Below, one piece after another: positions 19,949-27,017 of a stretch of DNA of 32,000 bases (the stretch's first letter is position 1; each line of letters opens with the position of its first letter). The notes under the pieces are model-generated. The model saw nothing but the letters and a program-made list of their open reading frames with translations. It made no database searches and was not told where the DNA came from. The DNA is from Flavobacteriaceae bacterium (GTDB taxonomy: Bacteria; Bacteroidota; Bacteroidia; Flavobacteriales; Flavobacteriaceae). The position numbers and the translations under genes are program-made. The stretch covers positions 2,340,001 through 2,372,000 of the forward strand of contig OZ245049.1 of assembly GCA_965224465.1 (NCBI GenBank), given 5' to 3'.

Positions 19949-20107
19949 TACCAATTAAATTCCCAAGAGACGGTTTAGAAATAGATTTATTTTTTGTTCT
20001 AGCTAAGCGGAAAACCTAAGGATAGCCGTAGCTATCGTTCTATTTTTCAACAACGCTAGAACGTAAAATAAACTATTTATATCGGTCTTTTTGGGTTTTA
20101 ATTGGTA
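19949..20107 (-). repeat. Copy C of the ~161-bp imperfect-palindromic repeat
   Basis: Aligns without gaps to 23000-23160; I estimate roughly 90% identity by eye. It contains the conserved central hairpin gatagc-cgta-gctatc and overlaps the 3' end of moaC. Confidence 0.8.
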
Positions 20108-20588
20108 GAATAGCCTTGCGATTTATATCCGACTTTCCACCTGATTTCCGCAACAGACGAACCTGTTCTATGACCATATCTTGAGAAATGCTTTTACACA
20201 TATCATACACCGTAAGAGCCGTAATATTAGCGCCGGTAAGCGCCTCCATCTCAACACCTGTTTTTCCCTCTATATAAACGGAACACACAATTTTTATATG
20301 GGTCTTACTTATCAATTCTATGTCTATATCTACCCCGTTTATCAATAACGGATGGCACATGGGAATTAATTCTGACGTTTTTTTGACCGCTTGAATCCCT
20401 GCAATAATTGCAGTTTGAAAGACAGGTCCTTTTTTTGTGCGCAATTCGTCTCCCTGAAAACATTGGATAATTTCTTTACCTAGGAACATCAATGCCTCTG
20501 CTGTAGCACTCCGTTTGGTAATTTGTTTTGCAGCAATATTCACCATTTTCGGTTGGTTTTTATCACTTATATGTGTAAAATCACTCAT
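20073..20588 (-). CDS. moaC: Cyclic pyranopterin monophosphate synthase MoaC
   Basis: 171 aa with KMVNIAAKQITKRSATA, IPMCHPL and EMEALTGANITALTVYDMCK. The last 11 codons (LPIKTQKDRYK) and the stop lie inside repeat copy C. Confidence 0.93.
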   Translation of the reverse strand: MSDFTHISDKNQPKMVNIAAKQITKRSATAEALMFLGKEIIQCFQGDELRTKKGPVFQTAIIAGIQAVKKTSELIPMCHPLLINGVDIDIELISKTHIKIVCSVYIEGKTGVEMEALTGANITALTVYDMCKSISQDMVIEQVRLLRKSGGKSDINRKAILPIKTQKDRYK

Positions 20589-20599
20589 AATACTCTTAA

Positions 20600-21802
20600 T
20601 TAAAGATTCCTATATAAAATAACAGGAAAAACAGTTCCTTTTTTAAACACTGTAATATGGGCAGGTAATTCTAAAAACGCATCCGAACTTACAAGGTTCA
20701 CCAAATCTCCAGAACCATTGCCTTTTTGTGGGTATGCCATCAATACTCCTTGTTCGTTTTTTAAAGCTACTTGCAAAAAATAAGTCATGGAAGGTTTAAA
20801 AATTAAATCTTCACCTAACACGGCTTTCATTGTGTTTTCTGACGGTAAGCCTATCGACTTGAGCAACCAAGGACTAAAATATTTCAAACAACTCGCATAA
20901 GTAGAAACTGGATTCCCAGGGAAAGCAAAAATAGTTGTCTTCCCTTTTTTACCAAACCAAAATGGTTTCCCAGGACGTTGTTTTACTTTGTGAAATAATT
21001 TATCGACACCCAATTGCTTCAAAACTTGAGGAATAAAATCAAATTTACCTTTTGACACTGCCCCACTAAACAGTAATACATCATACTCCTTTAAATAGCC
21101 GTCTATCAAAGCTGTTAGTTTTTCCTTATCATCCGAGATATGTATGGACTGAGCATGAATTTGAAACGTTTTTAAAATAGAAACTAAAGCGTGTACATTA
21201 CTGCGTCTTATTTGATATTCTAAAGGAATTTCAGTTACTTCTACAAGTTCATCACCTGTAGAAATAACCAAGACTTTAGGAAGTCTAGCCACTTTTACCA
21301 TCGTTTTACCAACGGTAGCTAATACAGCAATCTCTGCAGAAGAAACAAGTGTATTTTCGGGAATTAACACATTGTTTAATTCCTGATCCATTCCTTTTTT
21401 ATGTACATTTCTAAAATAAAAAACATCGTAGTCTTGAACAGTAGCAACTCCGTTTTCTATAGACAATAACTCATAAGGAATTACTGCGTCCGTGTTTTTT
21501 GGAAGTACAGCCCCCGTCATCGCTTCGACACAATGCAAGGGATTATCAAGAGTTAGCTGGGGACTACCAGCAGCTTGGACAGCCTCAACAAAATATGATC
21601 GATGTCCCTTTTTATAACTTTGAGAACAAATGGCAATACCATCCATACTCACACGATTAAAGGGAGGTAAATCACGGTCAGAAACAATTGTTTCCTTTAA
21701 AACTCGACCTACAGCATCCTGAAAAGGAATCCTTTCGACGCCCCAATATTCGGTGCTTTGTACTATTATTTCTAAAGCTTCTTTACTTGTTATTAAATCC
21801 AT
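20600..21802 (-). CDS. moeA: Molybdopterin molybdotransferase MoeA
   Basis: 400 aa with DLPPFNRVSMDGIA, VISTGDELV, LLFSGAVSKGKFDF and FAFPGNPVS. Confidence 0.92.
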   Translation of the reverse strand: MDLITSKEALEIIVQSTEYWGVERIPFQDAVGRVLKETIVSDRDLPPFNRVSMDGIAICSQSYKKGHRSYFVEAVQAAGSPQLTLDNPLHCVEAMTGAVLPKNTDAVIPYELLSIENGVATVQDYDVFYFRNVHKKGMDQELNNVLIPENTLVSSAEIAVLATVGKTMVKVARLPKVLVISTGDELVEVTEIPLEYQIRRSNVHALVSILKTFQIHAQSIHISDDKEKLTALIDGYLKEYDVLLFSGAVSKGKFDFIPQVLKQLGVDKLFHKVKQRPGKPFWFGKKGKTTIFAFPGNPVSTYASCLKYFSPWLLKSIGLPSENTMKAVLGEDLIFKPSMTYFLQVALKNEQGVLMAYPQKGNGSGDLVNLVSSDAFLELPAHITVFKKGTVFPVILYRNL

Positions 21803-21814
21803 TATTTAACTATT

Positions 21815-22807
21815 TTAACCTCCAATGGTAGACATACTTTCAGAAACAAGGCTTGATCCTCGCATTTTTTCAGCAACAAACCCATTTTTAGGTTTGTGAT
21901 GGACCGTTTTAATAAATAATTGTTTCAAATCATCATCACTAGCCCCTTTTCTAATAAAATCACGAATATTAAACACCCCTTGATCAAACAGGCAATTTTT
22001 AAACAAGCCTGTTGCAGTGATGCGAATACGGTTACAATCTCCACAAATTGTCCGGGTATATGCTGGAATAATACCAAAAGTACCTTTATTGCCTTTTATC
22101 TTAAAATTATGAGACGTGGAAGATATTCCATTGTCTACTTTTTCTATATTTTTAAAAAAGTGAGTAATGTGATTGTATATCTTATGGTAATCCCAAAGTG
22201 TATCCGTTTTACGTAGACCTATTCCATTAAATGGCATTTCTTCAATAAACCGAACTGCAATATTTCTATCTTTGGTTAACCTTACAAAATCAACAATTTC
22301 AGTTGTATTGACACCAGGTATAATCACAACATTCAATTTCAATTTTATGGAGCTACCTTCTATAGCATCCATTGCTTTTAATACTTTATCAAAGGACTTT
22401 CTTCGAACAATGGTATTAAACACCTCTGGGTTTAAACTATCTATACTCAGGTTGATGGCATTGATCTTAATTTTCTCTAACGCACGAATATGTTGTCCAA
22501 TCAACGCTCCATTTGTAGTGATATTAATCTGTTCCAATTTTTTATTAAAGGAAAGTGACTCCAAAAAATTCACGAAATCTTTTCTTACAAAAGGTTCTCC
22601 ACCCGTTAAGCGTACTTTATTAACTCCGAGTTCTGAGAGTACTCTAGTAATACGGTACATTTCTTTAAATGTCAATAAATCGGATCTATCCACAATTTTT
22701 ATTCCCTCAGCAGGCATACAATACTGACACCGAAAGTTACATCTATCCGTAACTGCCAATCGTAAATACGAGATTCTCCTACCAAATTTATCCAACAATA
22801 GATCCAT
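21815..22807 (-). CDS. moaA: GTP 3',8-cyclase MoaA (radical SAM)
   Basis: 330 aa. The CNFRCQYC radical-SAM cluster motif, LTGGEPF, and a C-terminal CGDCNRIRITATGLFKNCLF second-cluster region ending in ..IGG are present. Confidence 0.95.
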   Translation of the reverse strand: MDLLLDKFGRRISYLRLAVTDRCNFRCQYCMPAEGIKIVDRSDLLTFKEMYRITRVLSELGVNKVRLTGGEPFVRKDFVNFLESLSFNKKLEQINITTNGALIGQHIRALEKIKINAINLSIDSLNPEVFNTIVRRKSFDKVLKAMDAIEGSSIKLKLNVVIIPGVNTTEIVDFVRLTKDRNIAVRFIEEMPFNGIGLRKTDTLWDYHKIYNHITHFFKNIEKVDNGISSTSHNFKIKGNKGTFGIIPAYTRTICGDCNRIRITATGLFKNCLFDQGVFNIRDFIRKGASDDDLKQLFIKTVHHKPKNGFVAEKMRGSSLVSESMSTIGG

Positions 22808-22837
22808 AGCTTTTTTTCTTTATCGGGGAGGTAATTT

Positions 22838-22998
22838 ATACCAAATACATTTCCAAGTAACGGTTTAGAAATGGAATTATTTTTTGTTTTAACTAGATGG
22901 AAAATCTAAGGATAGCCTTAGCTATCGTTCTGTTTTCCAACAACGCTAGAACGCAAAATAAACTATTTATATCGGTCATTTTGGATTGTAATTGGTAT
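22838..22998 (-). repeat. Copy B2 of the ~161-bp imperfect-palindromic repeat, proximal to moaA
   Basis: 161 bp, differing from 23000-23160 at only 3 positions. It starts 30 nt upstream of the moaA ATG. Termini are ataccaaataca...tgtaattggtat. Confidence 0.85.
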
Positions 22999-22999
22999 T

Positions 23000-23160
23000 A
23001 TACCAAATACATTTCCAAGTAACGGTTTAGAAATGGAATTATTTTTTGTTTTAGCTAGACGGAAAATCTAAGGATAGCCTTAGCTATCGTTCTATTTTCC
23101 AACAACGCTAGAACGCAAAATAAACTATTTATATCGGTCATTTTGGATTGTAATTGGTAT
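23000..23160 (-). repeat. Copy B1 of the ~161-bp imperfect-palindromic repeat, in tandem with B2
   Basis: Separated from B2 by a single T at 22999, giving a 162-bp period. The central stem-loop is ggaaaat (23061-23067) .. gatagc-ctta-gctatc (23073-23088) .. attttcc (23094-23100). It ends 6 nt from the stop of the upstream YeeE/YedE gene. Confidence 0.85.
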
Positions 23161-23166
23161 TATACG

Positions 23167-23583
23167 TTAATGAGGTAAAAACCGTTTGAATTTACCATAT
23201 AAAAACGTTCCTATTAAAGCACCAGCAATCACGATCAAAATAGAAAAAACACCATTCCCTATCAATACAAACATAGGCCCAGGGCAAGCACCTGCTAAAG
23301 CCCAACCTAGCCCAAAGATAAGACCACCAAACAAGGCTCTTTTCCATTTAAATTCTTTATCTGGAACACTGATTTTCTCTCCTCTTATATTTTTTATAAT
23401 TCCTTTTCTAAAAAGAAACATTAACAATGCCCCAAGTCCTACTGCAGAACCAATCACTCCATACATATGAAAAGATTGAAATTTGAACATTTCGTAAATT
23501 CGAAACCAAGATACGAGTTCACCTTTGGTCATAACAATACCAAAAAGAATTCCAATCACTAAAAATTTTAACTGTTTTATCAT
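23167..23583 (-). CDS. YeeE/YedE family membrane protein (sulfur-transport-related half-protein)
   Basis: 138 aa with about 4 predicted TM helices. GWALAGACPGP is the conserved Cys-containing loop of DUF395/YeeE-YedE repeats. Confidence 0.8.
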   Translation of the reverse strand: MIKQLKFLVIGILFGIVMTKGELVSWFRIYEMFKFQSFHMYGVIGSAVGLGALLMFLFRKGIIKNIRGEKISVPDKEFKWKRALFGGLIFGLGWALAGACPGPMFVLIGNGVFSILIVIAGALIGTFLYGKFKRFLPH

Positions 23584-23590
23584 CTTTTTC

Positions 23591-24151
23591 TTAAAATATT
23601 ACGGGAAAAATTAGCCAAGTCATAATAATACCTCCAATAAAAAAACCAACGACTGCAATCAGAGAAGGAATTTGCAAATTACTCAATCCTACAATTGCGT
23701 GACCAGAGGTACAACCGCCAGCCCATCGGGCTCCAAAGCCAATACAGAGACCTCCCATTAAAAGTAAGACAACTCCTTTAATACTTCCTACAGCTTCCAA
23801 TCCAAACAACTCGTTTGGCACGATCGTAGCACCTGCATTTTGAATACCCAAAACACTTAATTCCTTAATAGTTTCTGAATTCAATGCAATCGGAATATCA
23901 GAAGACAAATAATTAGAAGCTATAAAACCACCGATTACAGCCCCCATCAAGAAAACAATATTCCAGAAATTTTGTTTCCAATCTTTTTTAAAATAATCAC
24001 TGTATTTTCCAGCTCCTCCCATAGTACAAAGGGTTTCCAAATTAGAAGAAACACCAAATACCTTTCCGAAAAAATACAACAAAAACATGACTGCCACAAT
24101 ACTAGGCCCCGCCACATACCATTCCCATGGTTGAGAAATAAACTCTATCAT
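23591..24151 (-). CDS. YeeE/YedE family membrane protein (sulfur-transport-related half-protein)
   Basis: 186 aa, multi-TM. RWAGGCTSGHAIVG is a YeeE/YedE signature. It lies 7 nt upstream of its partner gene. Confidence 0.85.
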   Translation of the reverse strand: MIEFISQPWEWYVAGPSIVAVMFLLYFFGKVFGVSSNLETLCTMGGAGKYSDYFKKDWKQNFWNIVFLMGAVIGGFIASNYLSSDIPIALNSETIKELSVLGIQNAGATIVPNELFGLEAVGSIKGVVLLLMGGLCIGFGARWAGGCTSGHAIVGLSNLQIPSLIAVVGFFIGGIIMTWLIFPVIF

Positions 24152-24181
24152 TTAATTTTTAATTTGATTCTTAATCAATAA

Positions 24182-24212
24182 CAAAAATACACATTTTTAA
24201 AGTGTGAACAAA
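24182..24212 (-). promoter_or_regulatory. Candidate promoter of the YeeE/YedE genes, possibly extending into moaA and beyond
   Basis: The minus strand reads TTTG (24212-24209), exactly 19 nt of spacer, then TAttTTTG (24189-24182). This is a full match to the Bacteroidota TTTG-N19-TAnnTTTG consensus. The -7 box ends 30 nt before the ATG at 24151. Confidence 0.5.
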
Positions 24213-24224
24213 TTTAGTTCTCAC
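24202..24224. promoter_or_regulatory. Imperfect palindrome GTGTGAAC-N7-GTTCTCAC. Candidate operator; alternatively a weak terminator hairpin for the Crp/Fnr gene.
   Basis: 8-bp arms with one mismatch. It spans the -33 TTTG of the promoter above and abuts the stop codon of the Crp/Fnr-family gene. Confidence 0.35.
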
Positions 24225-24856
24225 TAGAATACAAGTACATCTATTCGATTTCTAAATAATTTAATTTTACCATCATTCTCTAACTGCTTCAACAACCTAG
24301 AAACAACCACTCTAGAAGTGTTTAAGTCGTAGGCTATTTCTTGATGTGTGGTATTTAACGAAGTTTCTCTAAGCACTTGAGCCTTATCACACAAGTATTT
24401 GTACAAACGCTGATCCATCTTCATAAACGCCAATGTATCAATCGTTTCTATCATTTCGTTCATGCGAATATTATAGCTATCTATCACAAACTCACGCCAA
24501 GATCTGTACTTAATTAACCATTCATCCAATTTCTCTAATGGAATAAATATAATTTCAGATTCTTTTTCGGTAATTGCCCTCACTTTACTTTTTACATTCG
24601 CAAAACCACTGGCAAAAGAAATAGCACAGGTATCACCTCTTTCCAAAAAATACAATAATATTTCGTCCCCATTTTTATCTTCACGCACTATTTTTATAGC
24701 ACCGTTTAACAACAAAGGAATCGCTGTCATCTTCCCTCCTAAATCTATCAACAATTCGTTTTCTTTCAGTTTTTTAAATGTACCTACTTGGATAATTTCC
24801 TCCAATAATGCTGGTTCAAATACAACGGAATAATAATTATTTAACTTTTCTCTCAT
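24224..24856 (-). CDS. Crp/Fnr family transcriptional regulator
   Basis: 210 aa. It has an N-terminal cNMP-binding-like beta-roll (LLLNGAIKIVREDKNGDEILLYFLERGDTCA) and a C-terminal HTH (THQEIAYDLNTSRVVVSRLLKQLENDG). I see no N-terminal Cys cluster of the FNR type. Confidence 0.88.
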   Translation of the reverse strand: MREKLNNYYSVVFEPALLEEIIQVGTFKKLKENELLIDLGGKMTAIPLLLNGAIKIVREDKNGDEILLYFLERGDTCAISFASGFANVKSKVRAITEKESEIIFIPLEKLDEWLIKYRSWREFVIDSYNIRMNEMIETIDTLAFMKMDQRLYKYLCDKAQVLRETSLNTTHQEIAYDLNTSRVVVSRLLKQLENDGKIKLFRNRIDVLVF

Positions 24857-26088
24857 AATTGTAAATTTTTTATAGTGATTTGGGTTGCCCCGACATTATT
24901 TCGAACATAATTATAGGCATTTTTCCCTGTTAAATCTCGGTAGTTTTTATCTGTATAAAAACGAAGTAATAACGCGTTTAATGCTGCTGAATTTTGAATA
25001 GAAAAACACCCTTTTTCTTGTAACAATTCTATAACTTCGTTAAACTTACTGTAATTAGTACCTATTACCAATGGCAACCCATAAGTTGCGGGCTCTAATA
25101 CATTGTGCACACCTGATTTTGTAAACCCTCCACCTATATAAGCAACAGAAGCCACACTATAAATTTTAGTTAAAATACCGATCGTATCTACAATAAAAAC
25201 TTGAAACCCCTTTAAGTCCTTTCCTTTTTTTTCTGAGAACAACACTACTTTTTTCTGAATTGATTGTTGGAGTTTTTGAATCTCTTGTGAGTTTATATTA
25301 TGAGGAGCAATGATAAATTTCTCATCATCTCTTGCGACATCATTTATATATGCAACAAGTAAATCCTCATCATCCTTCCATGTACTCCCAGCAACTAACA
25401 CGTAATTGCCATCTACAAACTCGTGAATAAAATCTAAATAATTATCTTGTTTGGTAATTTCAAAAACACGGTCAAATCTAGTATCACCAGATACAGTAAC
25501 CTGATGCACTCCTATTTTATTTAATAATAATTTAGAGGCATTGTCTTGAACAAAAAGATGATCCATCCCTTGCAATACATTACGCATCCATCCCCCATAC
25601 CATTTAAAAAACACTTGATTTTTACGGAATATCCCAGAGACCAACACCGTTTTCACACCTTTTATTTTTAATTGAGATAAATAATTAGGCCAAAACTCAT
25701 ATTTCACAAATACAGCCAATTCTAGGTTTAATAAATCCACAAATTGTGTTGCATTTTTCTTTGTATCAAGAGGTAAGTAACAAATAAAATCTGCTCCTTT
25801 ATAGTTTTTTCGAACTTCGTAGCCCGAAGGAGAAAAAAAAGTAAGCAGTATTTTTAAATCTGGACGGTCTTTTTTTATTTGTTCCATAATAGGCCTTCCT
25901 TGTTCAAATTCACCTAAAGAAGCACAATGAAACCACACCACCTTATCCTCCGTAGAAAAAGCAGCTTTTATATCAGAAAAAACAGCGGATCTACCCTGCA
26001 CAAAAAGTCTTAATTTCGGGTTAAATAAGGCTGCAATCTTAAGTAATTGCCAAGCGACATTACCTATAATATTATAAATTCCATTCAT
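24853..26088 (-). CDS. waaA: 3-deoxy-D-manno-octulosonic acid (Kdo) transferase
   Basis: The track ORF begins at TTG 26097. The in-frame ATG at 26088 (MNGIYNIIGNVAW..) is more plausible. WFHCASLGEFEQGRPI and the overall GT30 layout fit. The stop overlaps the Crp/Fnr start by 4 nt (ATGA). Confidence 0.82.
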   Translation of the reverse strand: MNGIYNIIGNVAWQLLKIAALFNPKLRLFVQGRSAVFSDIKAAFSTEDKVVWFHCASLGEFEQGRPIMEQIKKDRPDLKILLTFFSPSGYEVRKNYKGADFICYLPLDTKKNATQFVDLLNLELAVFVKYEFWPNYLSQLKIKGVKTVLVSGIFRKNQVFFKWYGGWMRNVLQGMDHLFVQDNASKLLLNKIGVHQVTVSGDTRFDRVFEITKQDNYLDFIHEFVDGNYVLVAGSTWKDDEDLLVAYINDVARDDEKFIIAPHNINSQEIQKLQQSIQKKVVLFSEKKGKDLKGFQVFIVDTIGILTKIYSVASVAYIGGGFTKSGVHNVLEPATYGLPLVIGTNYSKFNEVIELLQEKGCFSIQNSAALNALLLRFYTDKNYRDLTGKNAYNYVRNNVGATQITIKNLQL

Positions 26089-26115
26089 ACCTAACAAAGG
26101 TACGAAATAAGGACA

Positions 26116-26150
26116 TAAAAAAGCTCTTAAACCAATTGGTTTAAGAGCTT
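26116..26150 (-). terminator. Rho-independent terminator after rpmA
   Basis: Perfect 12-bp stem agctcttaaacc (26122-26133) / ggtttaagagct (26138-26149) with loop aatt. On the minus strand it is followed by a T-run, seen as the plus-strand A-run at 26117-26121. Confidence 0.78.
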
Positions 26151-26176
26151 AATCTTATATCTGTAACAAATGTTCC

Positions 26177-26437
26177 TTAAACTTCGAAAGGTTCAATAGA
26201 AACAAAAGATCTGTTATTTCTTTTCTTTTGGAATTTAACAACACCATCTACTTTAGCATGTAAAGTATGGTCTTTTCCCATATACACATTTTCACCTGGG
26301 TGATGTGCAGTTCCTCTTTGACGAACAAGAATATTACCTGCCAATGCAGCTTGTCCTCCAAATATTTTTACTCCTAGTCTTTTCGATTCTGATTCTCTAC
26401 CATTCTTCGAACTACCTACTCCTTTTTTATGTGCCAT
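26177..26437 (-). CDS. rpmA: 50S ribosomal protein L27
   Basis: 86 aa, [24 protein letters not shown].. Confidence 0.97.
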   Translation of the reverse strand: MAHKKGVGSSKNGRESESKRLGVKIFGGQAALAGNILVRQRGTAHHPGENVYMGKDHTLHAKVDGVVKFQKKRNNRSFVSIEPFEV

Positions 26438-26463
26438 GACGTTATGGTTTTAAAATTGAATTA

Positions 26464-26949
26464 TTATTTAGTTAAAGCTTCAATTAATTCTGCTTTCTTT
26501 AAAGAAGTATATCCAGAGATACCTTGTTCTTTAGCCAAAGCTTTTAATTCAGCAACAGTCATTGAAGTTAAATCAGCTGAACCAGCTTCTTCTTTCTCTA
26601 CCGTTTTTTCTACTTTTTTTGCTGGTGCTTTTTTAGCTCCTGATGTAGTAATACCTTCAATCAAAATTTCAGTTAACGCTTGACGGTGACCATTTTTTAC
26701 ACGGTATCCCTTTCTACGTTTCTTTTTGAAAACGATTACTTTATCACCTTGCAAGTGATTTAAAATTTTTGCCGTTACAGCGGCGCCTTCTACAGCCGGG
26801 GCGCCAATAGTTACAGTACCATTATCTACTAAAAGAACATTAGAAAACGTTAAGTTATCTCCTGCTTCTCCTTGTAAACGGTGTACATAAACTTTTTGAT
26901 CTTTAACAACTTTAAATTGCTGCCCTGCTATCTCTACAATTGCGTACAT
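26464..26949 (-). CDS. rplU: 50S ribosomal protein L21 with a ~57-aa C-terminal extension
   Basis: Residues 1-103 are canonical bL21 (MYAIVEIAGQQFKV.. KKRRKGYRVKNGHRQ). Residues ~104-161 are a Lys/Ala/Glu-rich linker followed by MTVAELKALAKEQGISGYTSLKKAELIEAL. Confidence 0.93.
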   Translation of the reverse strand: MYAIVEIAGQQFKVVKDQKVYVHRLQGEAGDNLTFSNVLLVDNGTVTIGAPAVEGAAVTAKILNHLQGDKVIVFKKKRRKGYRVKNGHRQALTEILIEGITTSGAKKAPAKKVEKTVEKEEAGSADLTSMTVAELKALAKEQGISGYTSLKKAELIEALTK

Positions 26950-26986
26950 AGTTTATATTTTAATTCCGTCTTTAATAAAACGAGTG

Positions 26987-27017
26987 CAAATATAATACTT
27001 TTGAACAAATACACAAG
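26987..27017 (-). promoter_or_regulatory. Candidate promoter of rplU-rpmA
   Basis: The minus strand reads cTTG (27017-27014), 19 nt of spacer, then TAtaTTTG (26994-26987). The -7 box ends 37 nt upstream of the rplU ATG. Confidence 0.45.

Noticed and set aside
22897-23022. 41-codon plus-strand ORF (MENLRIALAIVLFSNNARTQNKLF..) inside repeat B2
   Set aside because: The ATG is absent from the otherwise near-identical copy B1 (ACG at the same position) and from copies A and C, so the repeats are unlikely to encode a peptide.
22838-23160. Known Moco riboswitch (Rfam RF01055), possibly in tandem, upstream of moaA
   Set aside because: The position upstream of moaA invites this call. However, the repeat is very AT-rich and lacks the GC-rich conserved blocks I recall for the Moco motif. 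One copy overlaps the moaC coding end. The near-identity of B1 and B2 looks like a recent duplication. I cannot run cmsearch; a significant RF01055 hit would reverse this rejection.
22838-23160. CRISPR array
   Set aside because: The two 161-bp units are contiguous (1 nt apart) with no unique spacers, are far longer than CRISPR repeats, and have no cas genes nearby.
26089-26097. TTG start at 26097 for the Kdo transferase
   Set aside because: An in-frame ATG three codons downstream (26088) gives the typical N-terminus. The difference is minor and unresolved without orthologue alignment.
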